NCBI GenBank assembly: GCA_965219635.1 | Contig: OZ244783.1 | Location: 2,521,983-2,585,982 of the forward strand | Source of the DNA: Paracoccaceae bacterium | GTDB taxonomy: Bacteria > Pseudomonadota > Alphaproteobacteria > Rhodobacterales > Rhodobacteraceae | Length of the DNA stretch: 64,000 nucleotides | Direction of reading: 5' to 3' | In this document: in pieces, positions 29,558-39,517 of the stretch | How the letters are laid out: the number at the start of each line of letters is the position of its first letter | Numbering within the stretch: position 1 is the first letter of the stretch | Program-made: the position numbers and the translations under genes | Notes under the pieces: generated by a model | What the model was told of the DNA's origin: nothing | Databases searched by the model: none | The model's input: the letters and a program-made list of their open reading frames with translations, nothing else

Positions 29558-30571
29558 TCAACGGAAGGGCGGCGAGTAGATCAGCCCGCCATTGGTCCAC
29601 AGTTCATTGACGCCACGTACCAACTGGACTGGCGTATTGACACCGATGTTGCGTTCGAAAATCTCGCCATAGTTGCCTACAGCCGAGATGACGTGAACAG
29701 CCCAGTCTTGCTCGAGTCCGATCATCGCCCCAAACTCGCCTTCCGTGCCCAACAGCCGGTTGATTTCCGGGTCGTTGGTGCCTTCAGCCATTGAAGCAAC
29801 GTTCTCCTGCGTGAGACCCTTTTCCTCGGCTATGATCAGGGCGTTGAGCACCCAACGGGCGATGTCGGCCCACTGATCGTCGCCATGCCTTACCAGCGGT
29901 CCAAGCGGCTCCTTGGAGATGATCTCGGGAAGAACGATGTGCGCTTCCGGATCCTCGGCGGCAACCCGGGTCGCGGCCAGTCCAGAACGGTCAGTCGTAT
30001 ACACATCGCAAGCCTCGGCGAAATACTGTTCCTTGGCTTCGGCGTTCGTTTCGATCGGCACCGGTTCGTAGGTCATGTCATTGGCGCGGAAGAAATCGGC
30101 CAGGTTCAACTCTGTGGTCGTGCCGGTCTGAATGCAGATCGTCGCGCCGTCGAGATCATAGGCAGACTCGACACCGAGCGAGGCGTGGATCATGAAACCC
30201 TGCCCGTCATAGTAGTTGATCCCGGCAAATGTCTGCTTCAGGTCCGTATCGCGCGAGAAGGTCCAGGTCGTATTCCTTGCCAGAACATCGATCTCACCTG
30301 ATGCCAGCGCGGGGAAACGGGTCTTTCCGGTTGTGTTGGTGAACTTGACCGCCTGACCGTCGCCGAAAATGGCCGCAGCCATCGCCCGGCAATAGTCTAC
30401 GTCGAACCCATGCCAGTTGCCGTCAGCATCTGTATAGGCGAACCCAACCAGGCCCGTGTTGATGCCGCACTGGACATGGCCCTTGGCCTTGACGTCGTCG
30501 AGCGTGGCAGCAGCGGACATGCCTGCAATGCCGGCAAGGGCAGCCGCGGCAACCATAATCCTCTTTATCAT
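29558..30571 (-). CDS. aapJ: General L-amino-acid ABC transporter substrate-binding protein
   Basis: 337 aa. Signal peptide MIKRIMVAAAALAGIAGMSAAA, then a PBP3-type fold (LDDVKAKGHVQCGIN...). Confidence 0.82.
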   Translation of the reverse strand: MIKRIMVAAAALAGIAGMSAAATLDDVKAKGHVQCGINTGLVGFAYTDADGNWHGFDVDYCRAMAAAIFGDGQAVKFTNTTGKTRFPALASGEIDVLARNTTWTFSRDTDLKQTFAGINYYDGQGFMIHASLGVESAYDLDGATICIQTGTTTELNLADFFRANDMTYEPVPIETNAEAKEQYFAEACDVYTTDRSGLAATRVAAEDPEAHIVLPEIISKEPLGPLVRHGDDQWADIARWVLNALIIAEEKGLTQENVASMAEGTNDPEINRLLGTEGEFGAMIGLEQDWAVHVISAVGNYGEIFERNIGVNTPVQLVRGVNELWTNGGLIYSPPFR

Positions 30572-31080
30572 CGGTAGCTCCTATCTGGAATTTGGGGACC
30601 GGGTCAGTTCAGAACCCGTCCGTTATTGCTAACTAGAATACCCGGATGCCGGGGTCAAGATAGCTTCCTGCCGTAAACCACTGGCAGCTGTGCGTGCGGC
30701 GGCCGACAGCGATCGCATGAACCCCTGCCAATTCCGTTGTCCGGACCCAGAATTCAGGACTTTAGGCAACTTGGCGAAGGCACTTCCGGCCTTTGACAGA
30801 ATGCGCTGATCAAGGCACAAAGTCCGTACAACAACACTTTACCTCAAAGCCTGGTGCCGGGGTCTTCCCTGTCAAGACCAGGCGGCAGGTCCAAAAAGAC
30901 ATCGACCGCTCCTGACAAGCAGCAGGTCTACCGGCCATTGCCACCAACTGGTGCGATCCATTCAACTCTACCAGCCAAGTCTACCATTACAGCGGCGCGG
31001 CCGGGTGATCCAAGCTCGAGTTACCGTCCCCAGGGGCACATGAAGATTTGATGAATATTGGCCTTGCCTGCTGTCCGGCA

Positions 31081-31815
31081 TCAGCGCTCCACTGAGGAGA
31101 GATCAGGCGCCTGCGCAGCAAATGCGAAATCGCAAGCGGAAAGAAACGACTGCTTGCGTCGCTGACGAACTGATGCAGCTTCTTCGTCAACTCCCCACTT
31201 CCCGGCTTGCCAGTCTTCGTCAATCATCGAGTGGTTCCAACCTGTTTGCGGCGCAATCCGGCCGTGCAGGACAGCCAATCCGAGGAGAATGGACCCCGTA
31301 AGGCCCACCATTTCCGAGAGTCCGGCCAGGATGAAGCGATCCTGACGCTCAATCTCGGCCTCCAGCAATCCGCAGACCTCAGCCTCCTGGCCAAGCGGCA
31401 TGACACCGGTGCCGACCTTCAACCGGGCTCCGAACCTGCTGGCCGCCCATTCGATCACCGGATCCCAAGCGTTGCTCTGCCGGACAACCAGGCCTGCTGG
31501 TTCCGTTGCCCGGAAACACAACAGGTCGCTAGAGGCGTAGTTCGAGATTGCGGTGACGACTTCATGCCGCGCCGGTCCGATCCTGTCCAGCGCCGTATTG
31601 GCAAGCAGAGTATAGGGCATTGCGGCGGGATTGACCTCGTCCTCAAGCAGTGCCCATTCTCCTGAGACAATTTCAGCCAGCTGGCGGCACGGGAACAACA
31701 GTTGATTTCCTGCTGGTGTCCGCGCCGGCTGTTCATCCAGCATCACAGCGTATCCGTCTGCTGTTGCGGCAACATCCGCCCGCGACCAGTGGCGCACTTT
31801 TCGCCATTCGCTCAT
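31081..31815 (-). CDS. ATP12-family F1-ATPase assembly chaperone
   Basis: 244 aa. The layout ...DGYAVMLDEQPARTPAGNQLLFPCRQLAEIVSGEW...MPYTLLANTALD matches alphaproteobacterial ATP12 proteins. Confidence 0.75.
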   Translation of the reverse strand: MSEWRKVRHWSRADVAATADGYAVMLDEQPARTPAGNQLLFPCRQLAEIVSGEWALLEDEVNPAAMPYTLLANTALDRIGPARHEVVTAISNYASSDLLCFRATEPAGLVVRQSNAWDPVIEWAASRFGARLKVGTGVMPLGQEAEVCGLLEAEIERQDRFILAGLSEMVGLTGSILLGLAVLHGRIAPQTGWNHSMIDEDWQAGKWGVDEEAASVRQRRKQSFLSACDFAFAAQAPDLSSVER

Positions 31816-32843
31816 GCAAATTCCTCAAACAGATCGGAAGGCGCAAGGGCTTCAGGTCTCCAGCCAAGCAGGCGGAAGGCATCCGCCATGTGCGGCGGCG
31901 GCGGTGCCGCAATTTCGAGCCTTTTGCCCGTGAAGGGATGCTCCATGCATATGGCCCGCGCATGCAAATGCAGCCTGTTCTGAAACAACCCGCTGCGCTT
32001 GGCTGCGGTGTTGCTGCCGTATTTCCGATCGCCGACAATCGGAGTTCCGAGTTCGGCCATATGGATGCGTAGCTGGTGGGAACGGCCCGTTACCGGGTTG
32101 AGAGCAACCAGCGCAAACTGGTTGCCCACGCGATCAACAACCGTGAATCTGGTCAGCGCTGGATGGTTCCTGACCTGCTTTCCTGCCGATGCGTCCTGCC
32201 GCCGTTCCATCTCCGAACGAATGTCGCCGCTGTCTTCTGCCGGTGCCCCGCAAACAACCGCCCAGTAGAGCTTGTGCACGCGGCGTAGCCGAAACAACTC
32301 CGCAAGGGCAGCTGATGCCCTTCTGGTCCGTGCCATGACCAGCACGCCTGAGGTATCCTTGTCGAGGCGATGAACCAGCCTGAGGGTCTCCTCCTCGCCG
32401 AGGCCCAGTTCAGGCGCCATGCGGTCGATATGCCGGTTCTGACCAGTGCCGCCCTGCACGGCCAGACCGGCCGGCTTGTCCACTGCAATCAGGAATTCGT
32501 CAGCAAAGAGTATCCTGCCTGACAGCGAGCCGGCTTTGCCACCGGCGTTCTGCCCGGAAACTGCGGCCTCACGCCTTCCCTCGTCGATTGCAGGAACTTC
32601 AATAGTCTGTCCTTCCCGCAGCCTAGTTGAGGGCTTTGTTTTACTGCCATCGACCCGGATGCGTCCTTTCCGGCACAACCCTTCTATCCGGGATTGGACA
32701 AGTCCCTTGAATCTTCGCCTCATCCAACGGTCCAGGCGCTGGTCGGCGTCCTCCCAACCTACGCTGAACTTCTGCGGGGCACTCAACTCAATACCTGCCT
32801 TGCCAGCATGATGCCGATTAACAGAGCCGCAATCGAAGCGCAT
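31812..32843 (-). CDS. RluA-family 23S rRNA pseudouridine synthase (RluC-like, with S4 domain)
   Basis: The 434-aa track ORF runs through crcB, so I trimmed it to ATG 32843. An alternative TTG at 32786 forms a TTGA overlap with the crcB stop. S4-like RLDRWMRRRFKGL...GRIRVDG and catalytic HRLDKDTSGVLVMAR. Confidence 0.85.
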   Translation of the reverse strand: MRFDCGSVNRHHAGKAGIELSAPQKFSVGWEDADQRLDRWMRRRFKGLVQSRIEGLCRKGRIRVDGSKTKPSTRLREGQTIEVPAIDEGRREAAVSGQNAGGKAGSLSGRILFADEFLIAVDKPAGLAVQGGTGQNRHIDRMAPELGLGEEETLRLVHRLDKDTSGVLVMARTRRASAALAELFRLRRVHKLYWAVVCGAPAEDSGDIRSEMERRQDASAGKQVRNHPALTRFTVVDRVGNQFALVALNPVTGRSHQLRIHMAELGTPIVGDRKYGSNTAAKRSGLFQNRLHLHARAICMEHPFTGKRLEIAAPPPPHMADAFRLLGWRPEALAPSDLFEEFA

Positions 32844-33166
32844 GCGCTGCCAGCCGCATAGAGTACTGCCGCGCCAGCCCGTCCGCTGTTCAACAATTGC
32901 CAGAAGTCCAGAGAAAACGCCGAGAAAGTGGTGTAGCCACCCAGAAATCCGGTGAGAACAAGCGGGCCGGCCCTCGAAAGCACTCCGCCGCTGCCTGCGA
33001 CCACAACAAAAAGCGCCCCCATCGCAAAGCATCCAACGACATTGACCATCAGTGTTCCATAGGGGAATCCGGCGCCAAGCAGCCGCGCTGTTCCGAGCAC
33101 GGTCAGATAACGGCATACAGCGCCCAGCGCACCGCCAGCGCCAATCTGGACAAGCAACCAGGTCAA
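32783..33166 (-). CDS. crcB: Fluoride channel CrcB/FluC
   Basis: The track ORF (to 33262) overlaps rarA. TTG 33166 gives about 127 aa starting (M)TWLLVQIGAGGALGAVCRY..., with FPYGTLMVNVVGCF and GFLGGYTTFSAF typical CrcB motifs. Confidence 0.85.
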   Translation of the reverse strand: MTWLLVQIGAGGALGAVCRYLTVLGTARLLGAGFPYGTLMVNVVGCFAMGALFVVVAGSGGVLSRAGPLVLTGFLGGYTTFSAFSLDFWQLLNSGRAGAAVLYAAGSACASIAALLIGIMLARQVLS

Positions 33167-33218
33167 GAGCCTTCGCCTTCCGGCAAAGATCCAGAATCCA
33201 TCGCTGCTGGCCGGCTCA

Positions 33219-34622
33219 TCAGCCTGACCCGCCGGTTCCGGCCCTGTGCCGCAGCTTGGCAAAATACTCCATCCGCTTTTTCATCTCGCGTTCGAAACCC
33301 CGCTCGACAGGCGAATAGAAGCTGCTGCGTTCCATTCCATCCGGAAAGTAGTTCTGTCCTGAAAAGGCATTGCGTTCGTCGTGATCATATTTGTAGCCAG
33401 CGGAGTAGCCAATGTCCTTCATCAGTCCAGTCGGCGAATTAAGAATGTGCTTGGGAGGGGGCTCCGAGCCGCTTCGGCGGGCGGATGAAGTTGCTTCCTT
33501 GTATGCGAGGTAGGCAGCGTTGGATTTGGGAGCCAGAGACAGGTAGATCGTTGCCTGAGCCAGCGCCAGTTCGCCCTCAGGGCTGCCAAGGCGCTCGTAG
33601 GCCTCCCAGGCGGCAAGGCAGACCTGCAAGGCATCCGGATCGGCCAGTCCGACATCCTCACTTGCCATCCGGGTCAGCCGCCGCGCCACAAATCTTGCAT
33701 CCTCCCCCGCATTGAGCATGCGGGCGAGCCAATAGAGCGACGCGTCGGGGTCGGAACCGCGCACCGACTTGTGAAGCGCCGAAATCAGGTTGTAGTGCCA
33801 GTCTCCGGACTTGTCATGGATGGCTGCGCGTTGCGATACCCGCCGCAGCAATGAACTGCTGTCCATCTGCTCACCGGCATCGACGGCGGCCAACTGCTCA
33901 ACCAGGTTCAGCAGCGCCCTGGCATCGCCATCAGCCAAGTCCAACAGCGTGTGGCGCGCCTCCGGGGTCAGCGGCAGAGTTGCGCCAAGGTGCGTCTCCG
34001 CCCGCGAGAGCAGTTGTCCAAGCGCCTCCCTGTCCAGCCGCTCAAGCACGAGAACCCGGGTTCTCGACATAAGCGCAGCATTCAGCTCAAAGGATGGGTT
34101 CTCCGTGGTGGCTCCGACAAGCACGATCGTGCCATCTTCGATATAGGGAAGAAATCCGTCCTGCTGAGCCTTGTTGAACCGGTGAATCTCGTCAACGAAG
34201 AGCACCGTGCCTCTGCCGTTCAGCCGCCGGTCCCGGGCAGCCGCGACTATTCGCCTGATTTCAGCGGTGTTCGAGTAGACGGCGCTGACCTGGACGAACT
34301 CATGACCGGTCTTCTGCGCAATCAGCCGGGCAATCGTAGTCTTGCCAACGCCTGGCGGCCCCCAGAGTATGGTCGAAGGCAACGGGCCGGCATCCAGTTC
34401 TGTGCCCAATGGGCCATCAGGTCCGAGAAGATGTCTCTGCCCCAGAACCTCGTTGAGGGAAGCAGGCCTCATCCTGTCGGCCAGCGGGCGCAGCGGCTGC
34501 GCCTCTGCTGCCTCACCAGGCAGCATACCTCGCCCTTCGTCAATCATGCCCTTACCAAGGTCCATGGGCCGGTCTGCCGGATCGCCGGCATTCTTGAGTG
34601 GCAGTGTTTCGGTGCCGCTCAT
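33219..34622 (-). CDS. rarA: Replication-associated recombination protein A (AAA+ ATPase)
   Basis: 467 aa. Walker A GPPGVGKTT, Walker B LFVDEIHRFNK, and the MgsA C-terminal domain (HYNLISALHKSVRGSDPDASLYW). Confidence 0.92.
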   Translation of the reverse strand: MSGTETLPLKNAGDPADRPMDLGKGMIDEGRGMLPGEAAEAQPLRPLADRMRPASLNEVLGQRHLLGPDGPLGTELDAGPLPSTILWGPPGVGKTTIARLIAQKTGHEFVQVSAVYSNTAEIRRIVAAARDRRLNGRGTVLFVDEIHRFNKAQQDGFLPYIEDGTIVLVGATTENPSFELNAALMSRTRVLVLERLDREALGQLLSRAETHLGATLPLTPEARHTLLDLADGDARALLNLVEQLAAVDAGEQMDSSSLLRRVSQRAAIHDKSGDWHYNLISALHKSVRGSDPDASLYWLARMLNAGEDARFVARRLTRMASEDVGLADPDALQVCLAAWEAYERLGSPEGELALAQATIYLSLAPKSNAAYLAYKEATSSARRSGSEPPPKHILNSPTGLMKDIGYSAGYKYDHDERNAFSGQNYFPDGMERSSFYSPVERGFEREMKKRMEYFAKLRHRAGTGGSG

Positions 34623-34674
34623 TCAATCAGCTGGCGCTGGATCATGCCTGTTATGCCGTCGCGCCGGCAAGCGC

Positions 34675-35103
34675 TCAGGCGTCGGCTTCGTCCTCCGGGG
34701 AAGCTTCAGCAGCAGCCTCCCTGTCGGCCAACCCTTTCGCATCAGGGTCGCGGTCAACCAATTCGATTAACGCCATTGGCGCCATGTCTCCATACCGGTT
34801 GCCTGCGCGGAGAATGCGCACATAACCTCCGTTGCGTTCGCTGTAGCGGGGACCCAGCACGCTGAACAGTTTGGCCAAGTGCTTGTTCTGTTTAAGCCGG
34901 GATGCAGCCTGGCGCCGGGCATGAAGGTCTCCGCGCTTTCCGAGCGTGATCAGTTTTTCGACAATCGGGCGCAGTTCCTTTGCCTTTGGCAGTGTCGTGC
35001 GGACCTGCTCATGCTCAATGAGTGACCCGGCCATGTTTGCGAACATCGCCTTCCTGTGCTCACTGGTTCTGTTCAAGCGGCGATAGCTTTTTCCGTGCCG
35101 CAT
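34675..35103 (-). CDS. rplQ: 50S ribosomal protein L17, extra copy (copy 1)
   Basis: 142 aa [33 protein letters not shown]... Five substitutions versus copy 2 over the first ~130 aa, plus a divergent acidic tail. Intact frame. Not preceded by an intact rpoA. Confidence 0.9.
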   Translation of the reverse strand: MRHGKSYRRLNRTSEHRKAMFANMAGSLIEHEQVRTTLPKAKELRPIVEKLITLGKRGDLHARRQAASRLKQNKHLAKLFSVLGPRYSERNGGYVRILRAGNRYGDMAPMALIELVDRDPDAKGLADREAAAEASPEDEADA

Positions 35104-35189
35104 TTTCCTGTTCCCTCTTGGCAGTTCCCCAGCCGGGGCCGCAGATATTGAATGGACCTGTGCCTGTAGAATTGCCGGCGGGCCGAGTC

Positions 35190-35400
35190 AATGCGTGAAG
35201 GGCCACAGCGCCGCCAATGCCTTTGCGCTTCCTTGCCGGTTCCCCGGTATTCTACAGTTACCGGCACTGAATTCCCCCGGGTGGATGATCATTGCTGCCC
35301 TGGCATCGCGGAATTTGCTCTGCGGCTTTCTGCCAATGCTGGGCGTCCTGGTCGCTACCGGTCTGGATTGCCGGCGTGGCCGGGTTGCTGCTGGCCAGCC
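35190..35400 (-). pseudogene. Decayed remnant of the rpoA 3' end (alpha-CTD) plus the rpoA-rplQ spacer
   Basis: The translation ...RTPSIGRKPQSKFRDARAAMIIHPGE... aligns with RpoA ...[27 protein letters not shown]... The spacer upstream of rplQ copy 1 also resembles the true rpoA-rplQ spacer (shared ATTGCCGGC and TCCTGTT.(T/C)CCTCTT). No intact ORF with alpha-subunit properties. Confidence 0.5.
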
Positions 35401-35445
35401 TGCCAAAACATGATGCCTCCCCGTGTCTGGCTTGCTGATTGAAGC

Positions 35446-37035
35446 CTACAGAAGACGGACACCATCCCGCAGCCGGGAATAGGGAATCTCGCCGAGCTGG
35501 CACGGATTGTATCCGGGCGCCTTCACCGGGATGATCTCGGCAGCAAGCTCCTCGAAATCCGCCCTGAAATGAACTGTGCTTTTCACGACCAAGAGCGCCA
35601 TTTCCGCCGGTTCGATACCGAGATGGCTGAACAACGCCCGATCTAGACATTGAACCCTTTCCCCGGTGACAACGATCCGGACGTCGCACCGCGAACCGGC
35701 AAGACAGACTGCTGCAGTCGGACCCAGATTGGCATGCACGCCCCTCATCATCTCGCCACGCCAGGGGAAACGTCCGCCGCTGATCGAAGTGACAATGAAC
35801 CGGCCGTGAAAGGGCGGGTTTCTGGCGCCACCTGTCTTGCCGCCCAGCCGGGCCTCGAATTCCGCTCCCAAACCCGCCGCGTGCGCCAGCGCGACGAATT
35901 CGGGATCGCAAATGGCGGCCAAGGCGGCGTTTTGAACCCCGGCTGCAACCAGTCCAGACAGGATCCCCGTCGTGTCGGAACTGGCGCCGGCGCCCGAATT
36001 GTCCTGTACATCGGCAAGCACAACCGGACGGCCGGGCCGGCCAACCTTTACAGCCCTTGCGATCGCCTCGGATGGCGATGCCAGCGCCACCGGGAACCGT
36101 GCTTCAGCCTCAAGACACTGGCTTAGGAGAGCGTCAGCCGCCGCCTCGGCGGCCTCGCGTGAATTGTTGGTGGCAATGACCGCCGGTCCGCACATGGCAA
36201 TGTCTCCTGGAGGAAAGCCCATGGCGATTTCTGCATTGCCGTTGGCACAGGAGCCGCCTTCTGGAAGGCTCCCATAAAGCGTTTGGACCGGATCAGTCTT
36301 CGTATGCTGCGCTTGCAGTGGAATCATGAAGGGCAGTTTCCGGAATGCCGTATGCGGTTTGCAGCCGCTATCGATGATCTCCAGCAAGAGGCTGGCAGCT
36401 CGAGCCCCGGTTTCCGCCATGTCGAGATGCGGGTAGGTCCTGAAAATCGTTGCCGCGTTGGCTAGTTCCGCCATTTCCTGCGTGACATTGGCATGAAGAT
36501 CAAGGCTCATGGCGACCGGAACATCGGAGCCAATGAGATGCCTGATCCTGGCCAGGAGTTCGCCCTCGCCATCTTCATGGTCTTCAGTGATCATGGCTCC
36601 GTGAAGATCGAGATAAACCCCATCCAGAGGCGTTGCAGCTGCCAAACCGTCCAGGATCCTGCCTGAAATCGTCTCAAAAGCCTCTCTCTGCACAAGGTAT
36701 CCCGGTTCAGCGTTCGCCCAGAGTATGGGAACCACCTCCGCCCGGCCCTCGAGGTGGCCAATGCACCCGCCGATCGGGATGTTGACGTCCCGAAACGTCT
36801 CAACCAAATCCGCTGGCCCGGTCAGGCCCGGCCATCCGTCCATCCTGATGAAATCGGCAAGCGTCGTCGGAATGGGCGAGAAACTGTTGGTTTCATGCTG
36901 AAACCCTGCGATCGCAACTTTCGGCCTCGGCCGTCTTGCGAATAGGCCGCTTTCCGGCACGATGCGCGTCATTGATTTCCCTTCGCCTGTTCGGAGCATG
37001 GCTGCGGCGGATGCCAGCGTCAACCTTGCCAGCAA
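35446..37035 (-). CDS. M81-family metallopeptidase (MlrC / microcystinase-C-like)
   Basis: 529 aa; VAIAGFQHETNSFSP at the N-terminus is the DUF1485/MlrC signature. The start may be the internal ATG at 36972 (MTRIV...). Confidence 0.75.
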   Translation of the reverse strand: MLARLTLASAAAMLRTGEGKSMTRIVPESGLFARRPRPKVAIAGFQHETNSFSPIPTTLADFIRMDGWPGLTGPADLVETFRDVNIPIGGCIGHLEGRAEVVPILWANAEPGYLVQREAFETISGRILDGLAAATPLDGVYLDLHGAMITEDHEDGEGELLARIRHLIGSDVPVAMSLDLHANVTQEMAELANAATIFRTYPHLDMAETGARAASLLLEIIDSGCKPHTAFRKLPFMIPLQAQHTKTDPVQTLYGSLPEGGSCANGNAEIAMGFPPGDIAMCGPAVIATNNSREAAEAAADALLSQCLEAEARFPVALASPSEAIARAVKVGRPGRPVVLADVQDNSGAGASSDTTGILSGLVAAGVQNAALAAICDPEFVALAHAAGLGAEFEARLGGKTGGARNPPFHGRFIVTSISGGRFPWRGEMMRGVHANLGPTAAVCLAGSRCDVRIVVTGERVQCLDRALFSHLGIEPAEMALLVVKSTVHFRADFEELAAEIIPVKAPGYNPCQLGEIPYSRLRDGVRLL

Positions 37036-37158
37036 TTGTGGACGGCTTTACGCAACGGAATAGCACCACGGCAGGCTCACCCGGGCCCGGTAATGCCAAG
37101 GCTATAACATGTCGATGTCATTGTCCTCATCCGCGGTTCCCTTCGGAAGGGCACCGGA

Positions 37159-37914
37159 TCACTCAGGCTTGTGTCGCGGCATGAAGTCTTCGACCCCGAG
37201 GTAACTGCGCAGATCCGGAGACTCCGGACTGCCAAGGACGGCGCCGGTCCGCCCGAACGCCTGAATCTGGCCCTCGTGCATGAAGGCCGTGAATCCGGCG
37301 ATACGCTGCGCATCTGCCGGGTCATGGGTCACCATGATGACCGTCATTCCCGTATCTTCACTCAATCTGCAAACAAGATCCAGCATGGTCCGTCTCAGCG
37401 CAGGCCCCAGCCCTGCGAACGGTTCGTCAAGCACAAGGAGCGGCCTGCGCATGACCAGGGCGCGTGCAATTGCAACCCTCTGGCGTTCGCCGCCCGATAG
37501 GTCCCGCGGCAACCGATCCTGCAGGCCCGTAAGGCCGACACGATTGAGAGCATCATCAATATCGGCCCGTTGTTCGGCCGTCAGTTTCAGGCCCGGTTCA
37601 AGGCCAAGACCGACATTCATCGAAGCCGAGAGATGGGCAAACAGGTTGTGTTCCTGAAAGACGGTTGTGATTGGACGCCTCGCTGGCGGCAGTGCGGTGA
37701 TGTTGCGCCCGCCGACGAAGATCTCACCAGATTCAGGTTGCTCAAAGCCGCAAATGAGAGCCAGAAGTGTGCTCTTGCCGGCCCCGCTTGCCCCGAGGAT
37801 CGCTGTCACGACACCCGGCGGCGCCTCGAGACTGGCCTGGATGGAGAATCCGCCGATCCTGAACCGCAGGTCTCGAATTTCAAGTCCGGCGGCCAACGCG
37901 ACCAACTCCCTCAA
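37159..37914 (-). CDS. thiQ: Thiamine ABC transporter ATP-binding protein
   Basis: 251 aa. GASGAGKST, LSGGERQRVAIARA, LVLDEPF. The TTG start at 37914 overlaps the thiP end; later in-frame TTGs (37905, 37896) are possible. Confidence 0.8.
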   Translation of the reverse strand: MRELVALAAGLEIRDLRFRIGGFSIQASLEAPPGVVTAILGASGAGKSTLLALICGFEQPESGEIFVGGRNITALPPARRPITTVFQEHNLFAHLSASMNVGLGLEPGLKLTAEQRADIDDALNRVGLTGLQDRLPRDLSGGERQRVAIARALVMRRPLLVLDEPFAGLGPALRRTMLDLVCRLSEDTGMTVIMVTHDPADAQRIAGFTAFMHEGQIQAFGRTGAVLGSPESPDLRSYLGVEDFMPRHKPE

Positions 37915-39517
37915 TTAGCAGAAAGACCGCAAGGCAGGTTGCGGTCAGCAACAGGGCCAGGACAGCAGCTTCGTCCATTCGGTACGTCCCAAGTGAATTG
38001 AACAACAGTTTTGCCAGTGTGTCGGACTGGCCAGCGCCGAAAAGGACGATTGCTGTAAGGTCGCCAGTTGCAAGAGCTGCTGCAATTGCAGTGGCAGTCG
38101 TTGCCGGGCCCGCAAGCGCCGGCCATTCAACCAGAGCCACCCGCTTCCACCCCAAAACGCCAAGGCTGGCGCACAAGCGGTCATGATGCTCGGCATTCCT
38201 GCGGATGACCGGGCTCACAAACCGGATGACAAAGGGGATGGCAATCAATCCGTTCAGTACGATCGCCAGGGGGAGCGCCCAGTCGAATACAGCAACATGA
38301 GGAAACAGGAGGACAAAAAGTCCGGCTCCGAGCACAACCGGCGAGACAATCAGCGTCTGGCTGCCCAGGATTTCAATCCAGTTGCCCGCACCAGGCCGCC
38401 GCGCCCGAACAGCCAGATCCCTGGACGTTACTGACAACATGACTCCGAATACGAGGGCAATGAAGCCAGCGGATATTCCGATGGCCACACTGCGCGCTGC
38501 TGCAGCCCAGACTTCACCGCGAGCCAGGACTTCAGGAAAGGGTCCCGTGATGCCGGCCACGACGACTGCCGCCAACGGAGCTCCCACCCAGAAGATTCCC
38601 GCGCCCAGCCAGAAGACGTCGTTGAGGCGGCCCATGAAGGACAGCGTGTCAGGGCGGCTGATACGGCGCTCTTCAGTTGGAGCAGTGGGAGCAGAACCGG
38701 GCAGCATGTAAAACACCACGCCGATGACCAGACACGCCGCCACTTGCAGTCCGGCCAGTGCGACGGCGGTCGGGATATCAAAATCCAGCCGCAATGCCTG
38801 CCAGATCGCAACTTCCAGCGTGGTCGCCCTTGGGCCGCCCCCAAGCACCAGAACAATCGAAAAGCTGGAAAAACACAGCAGCAAGATGAGCAAGGCCAGA
38901 CCGGGAAGCGCAGATATGATCCGTGGAAGCTCAATCAGCCGGAAGATCTGCCAGGAAGACATTCCCAACTGACTTGCCAGCCTCCAGGATTCTCCCGGAA
39001 TAGACTCCCACACCGGTAGCAGCATTCTCACGCCCAACGGCAGATTGAAGAAGGTATGAGCAATCAGGATGCCGCTCAGACCGTATAGCGGAGCCAATCC
39101 GGGCAGCCCGGCGTTGAGCAGAGAACGGCTGATGATGCCGTTGTGGCCCCAGATCGCGACGATCCCGAAGACTGCAACAATCACCGGCAGCACAAGAGGC
39201 AATCCAAACAGCCGGATGATTATTGCCCGGCCCGGGAAACGGCGACGTCGCGCCAGCGCGCGGGTGATCGGCAAGGCAAACAGCAGCGACAGAACAGTCG
39301 AAAGGGTTGCCTGATAAGCTGTGAAACGCAGCACATGCCATGTGTAGCTGTCAAATGAAGCGGCTGCATCGGGCGGGCTGGCGCCTGCCAGAAGCGCCAC
39401 CATGGCGGTGATGGCCAGTCCGGGCGATGCGATCAGTGCGATGGCGCCCGGCCAGAGCGCCAGCCGCTGGCCAACGATCATCGGGCGCCGACGGCCTCCA
39501 ACCACTCCCTGATCCAC
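37880..39517 (-). CDS. thiP: Thiamine/thiamine-pyrophosphate ABC transporter permease (duplicated 6+6 TM)
   Basis: 545 aa, internally duplicated permease typical of ThiP. Sits between thiB and thiQ. Confidence 0.8.
   Translation of the reverse strand: MDQGVVGGRRRPMIVGQRLALWPGAIALIASPGLAITAMVALLAGASPPDAAASFDSYTWHVLRFTAYQATLSTVLSLLFALPITRALARRRRFPGRAIIIRLFGLPLVLPVIVAVFGIVAIWGHNGIISRSLLNAGLPGLAPLYGLSGILIAHTFFNLPLGVRMLLPVWESIPGESWRLASQLGMSSWQIFRLIELPRIISALPGLALLILLLCFSSFSIVLVLGGGPRATTLEVAIWQALRLDFDIPTAVALAGLQVAACLVIGVVFYMLPGSAPTAPTEERRISRPDTLSFMGRLNDVFWLGAGIFWVGAPLAAVVVAGITGPFPEVLARGEVWAAAARSVAIGISAGFIALVFGVMLSVTSRDLAVRARRPGAGNWIEILGSQTLIVSPVVLGAGLFVLLFPHVAVFDWALPLAIVLNGLIAIPFVIRFVSPVIRRNAEHHDRLCASLGVLGWKRVALVEWPALAGPATTATAIAAALATGDLTAIVLFGAGQSDTLAKLLFNSLGTYRMDEAAVLALLLTATCLAVFLLIEGVGRVGRRT

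Noticed and set aside
31812-33116. Full 434-aa version of the pseudouridine synthase ORF
   Set aside because: The first ~90 codons overlap the crcB coding sequence in another frame and show no S4 or RluA features. Trimmed to 32843 (or 32786).
33167-33262. Possible fluoride (crcB-motif) riboswitch upstream of crcB
   Set aside because: Only 52 nt separate the rarA stop from the likely crcB start. GCTGATGA and GCGATGG strings are present, but in the wrong order relative to the fluoride-riboswitch consensus, and they partly lie inside the rarA coding end. No convincing pseudoknot arrangement.
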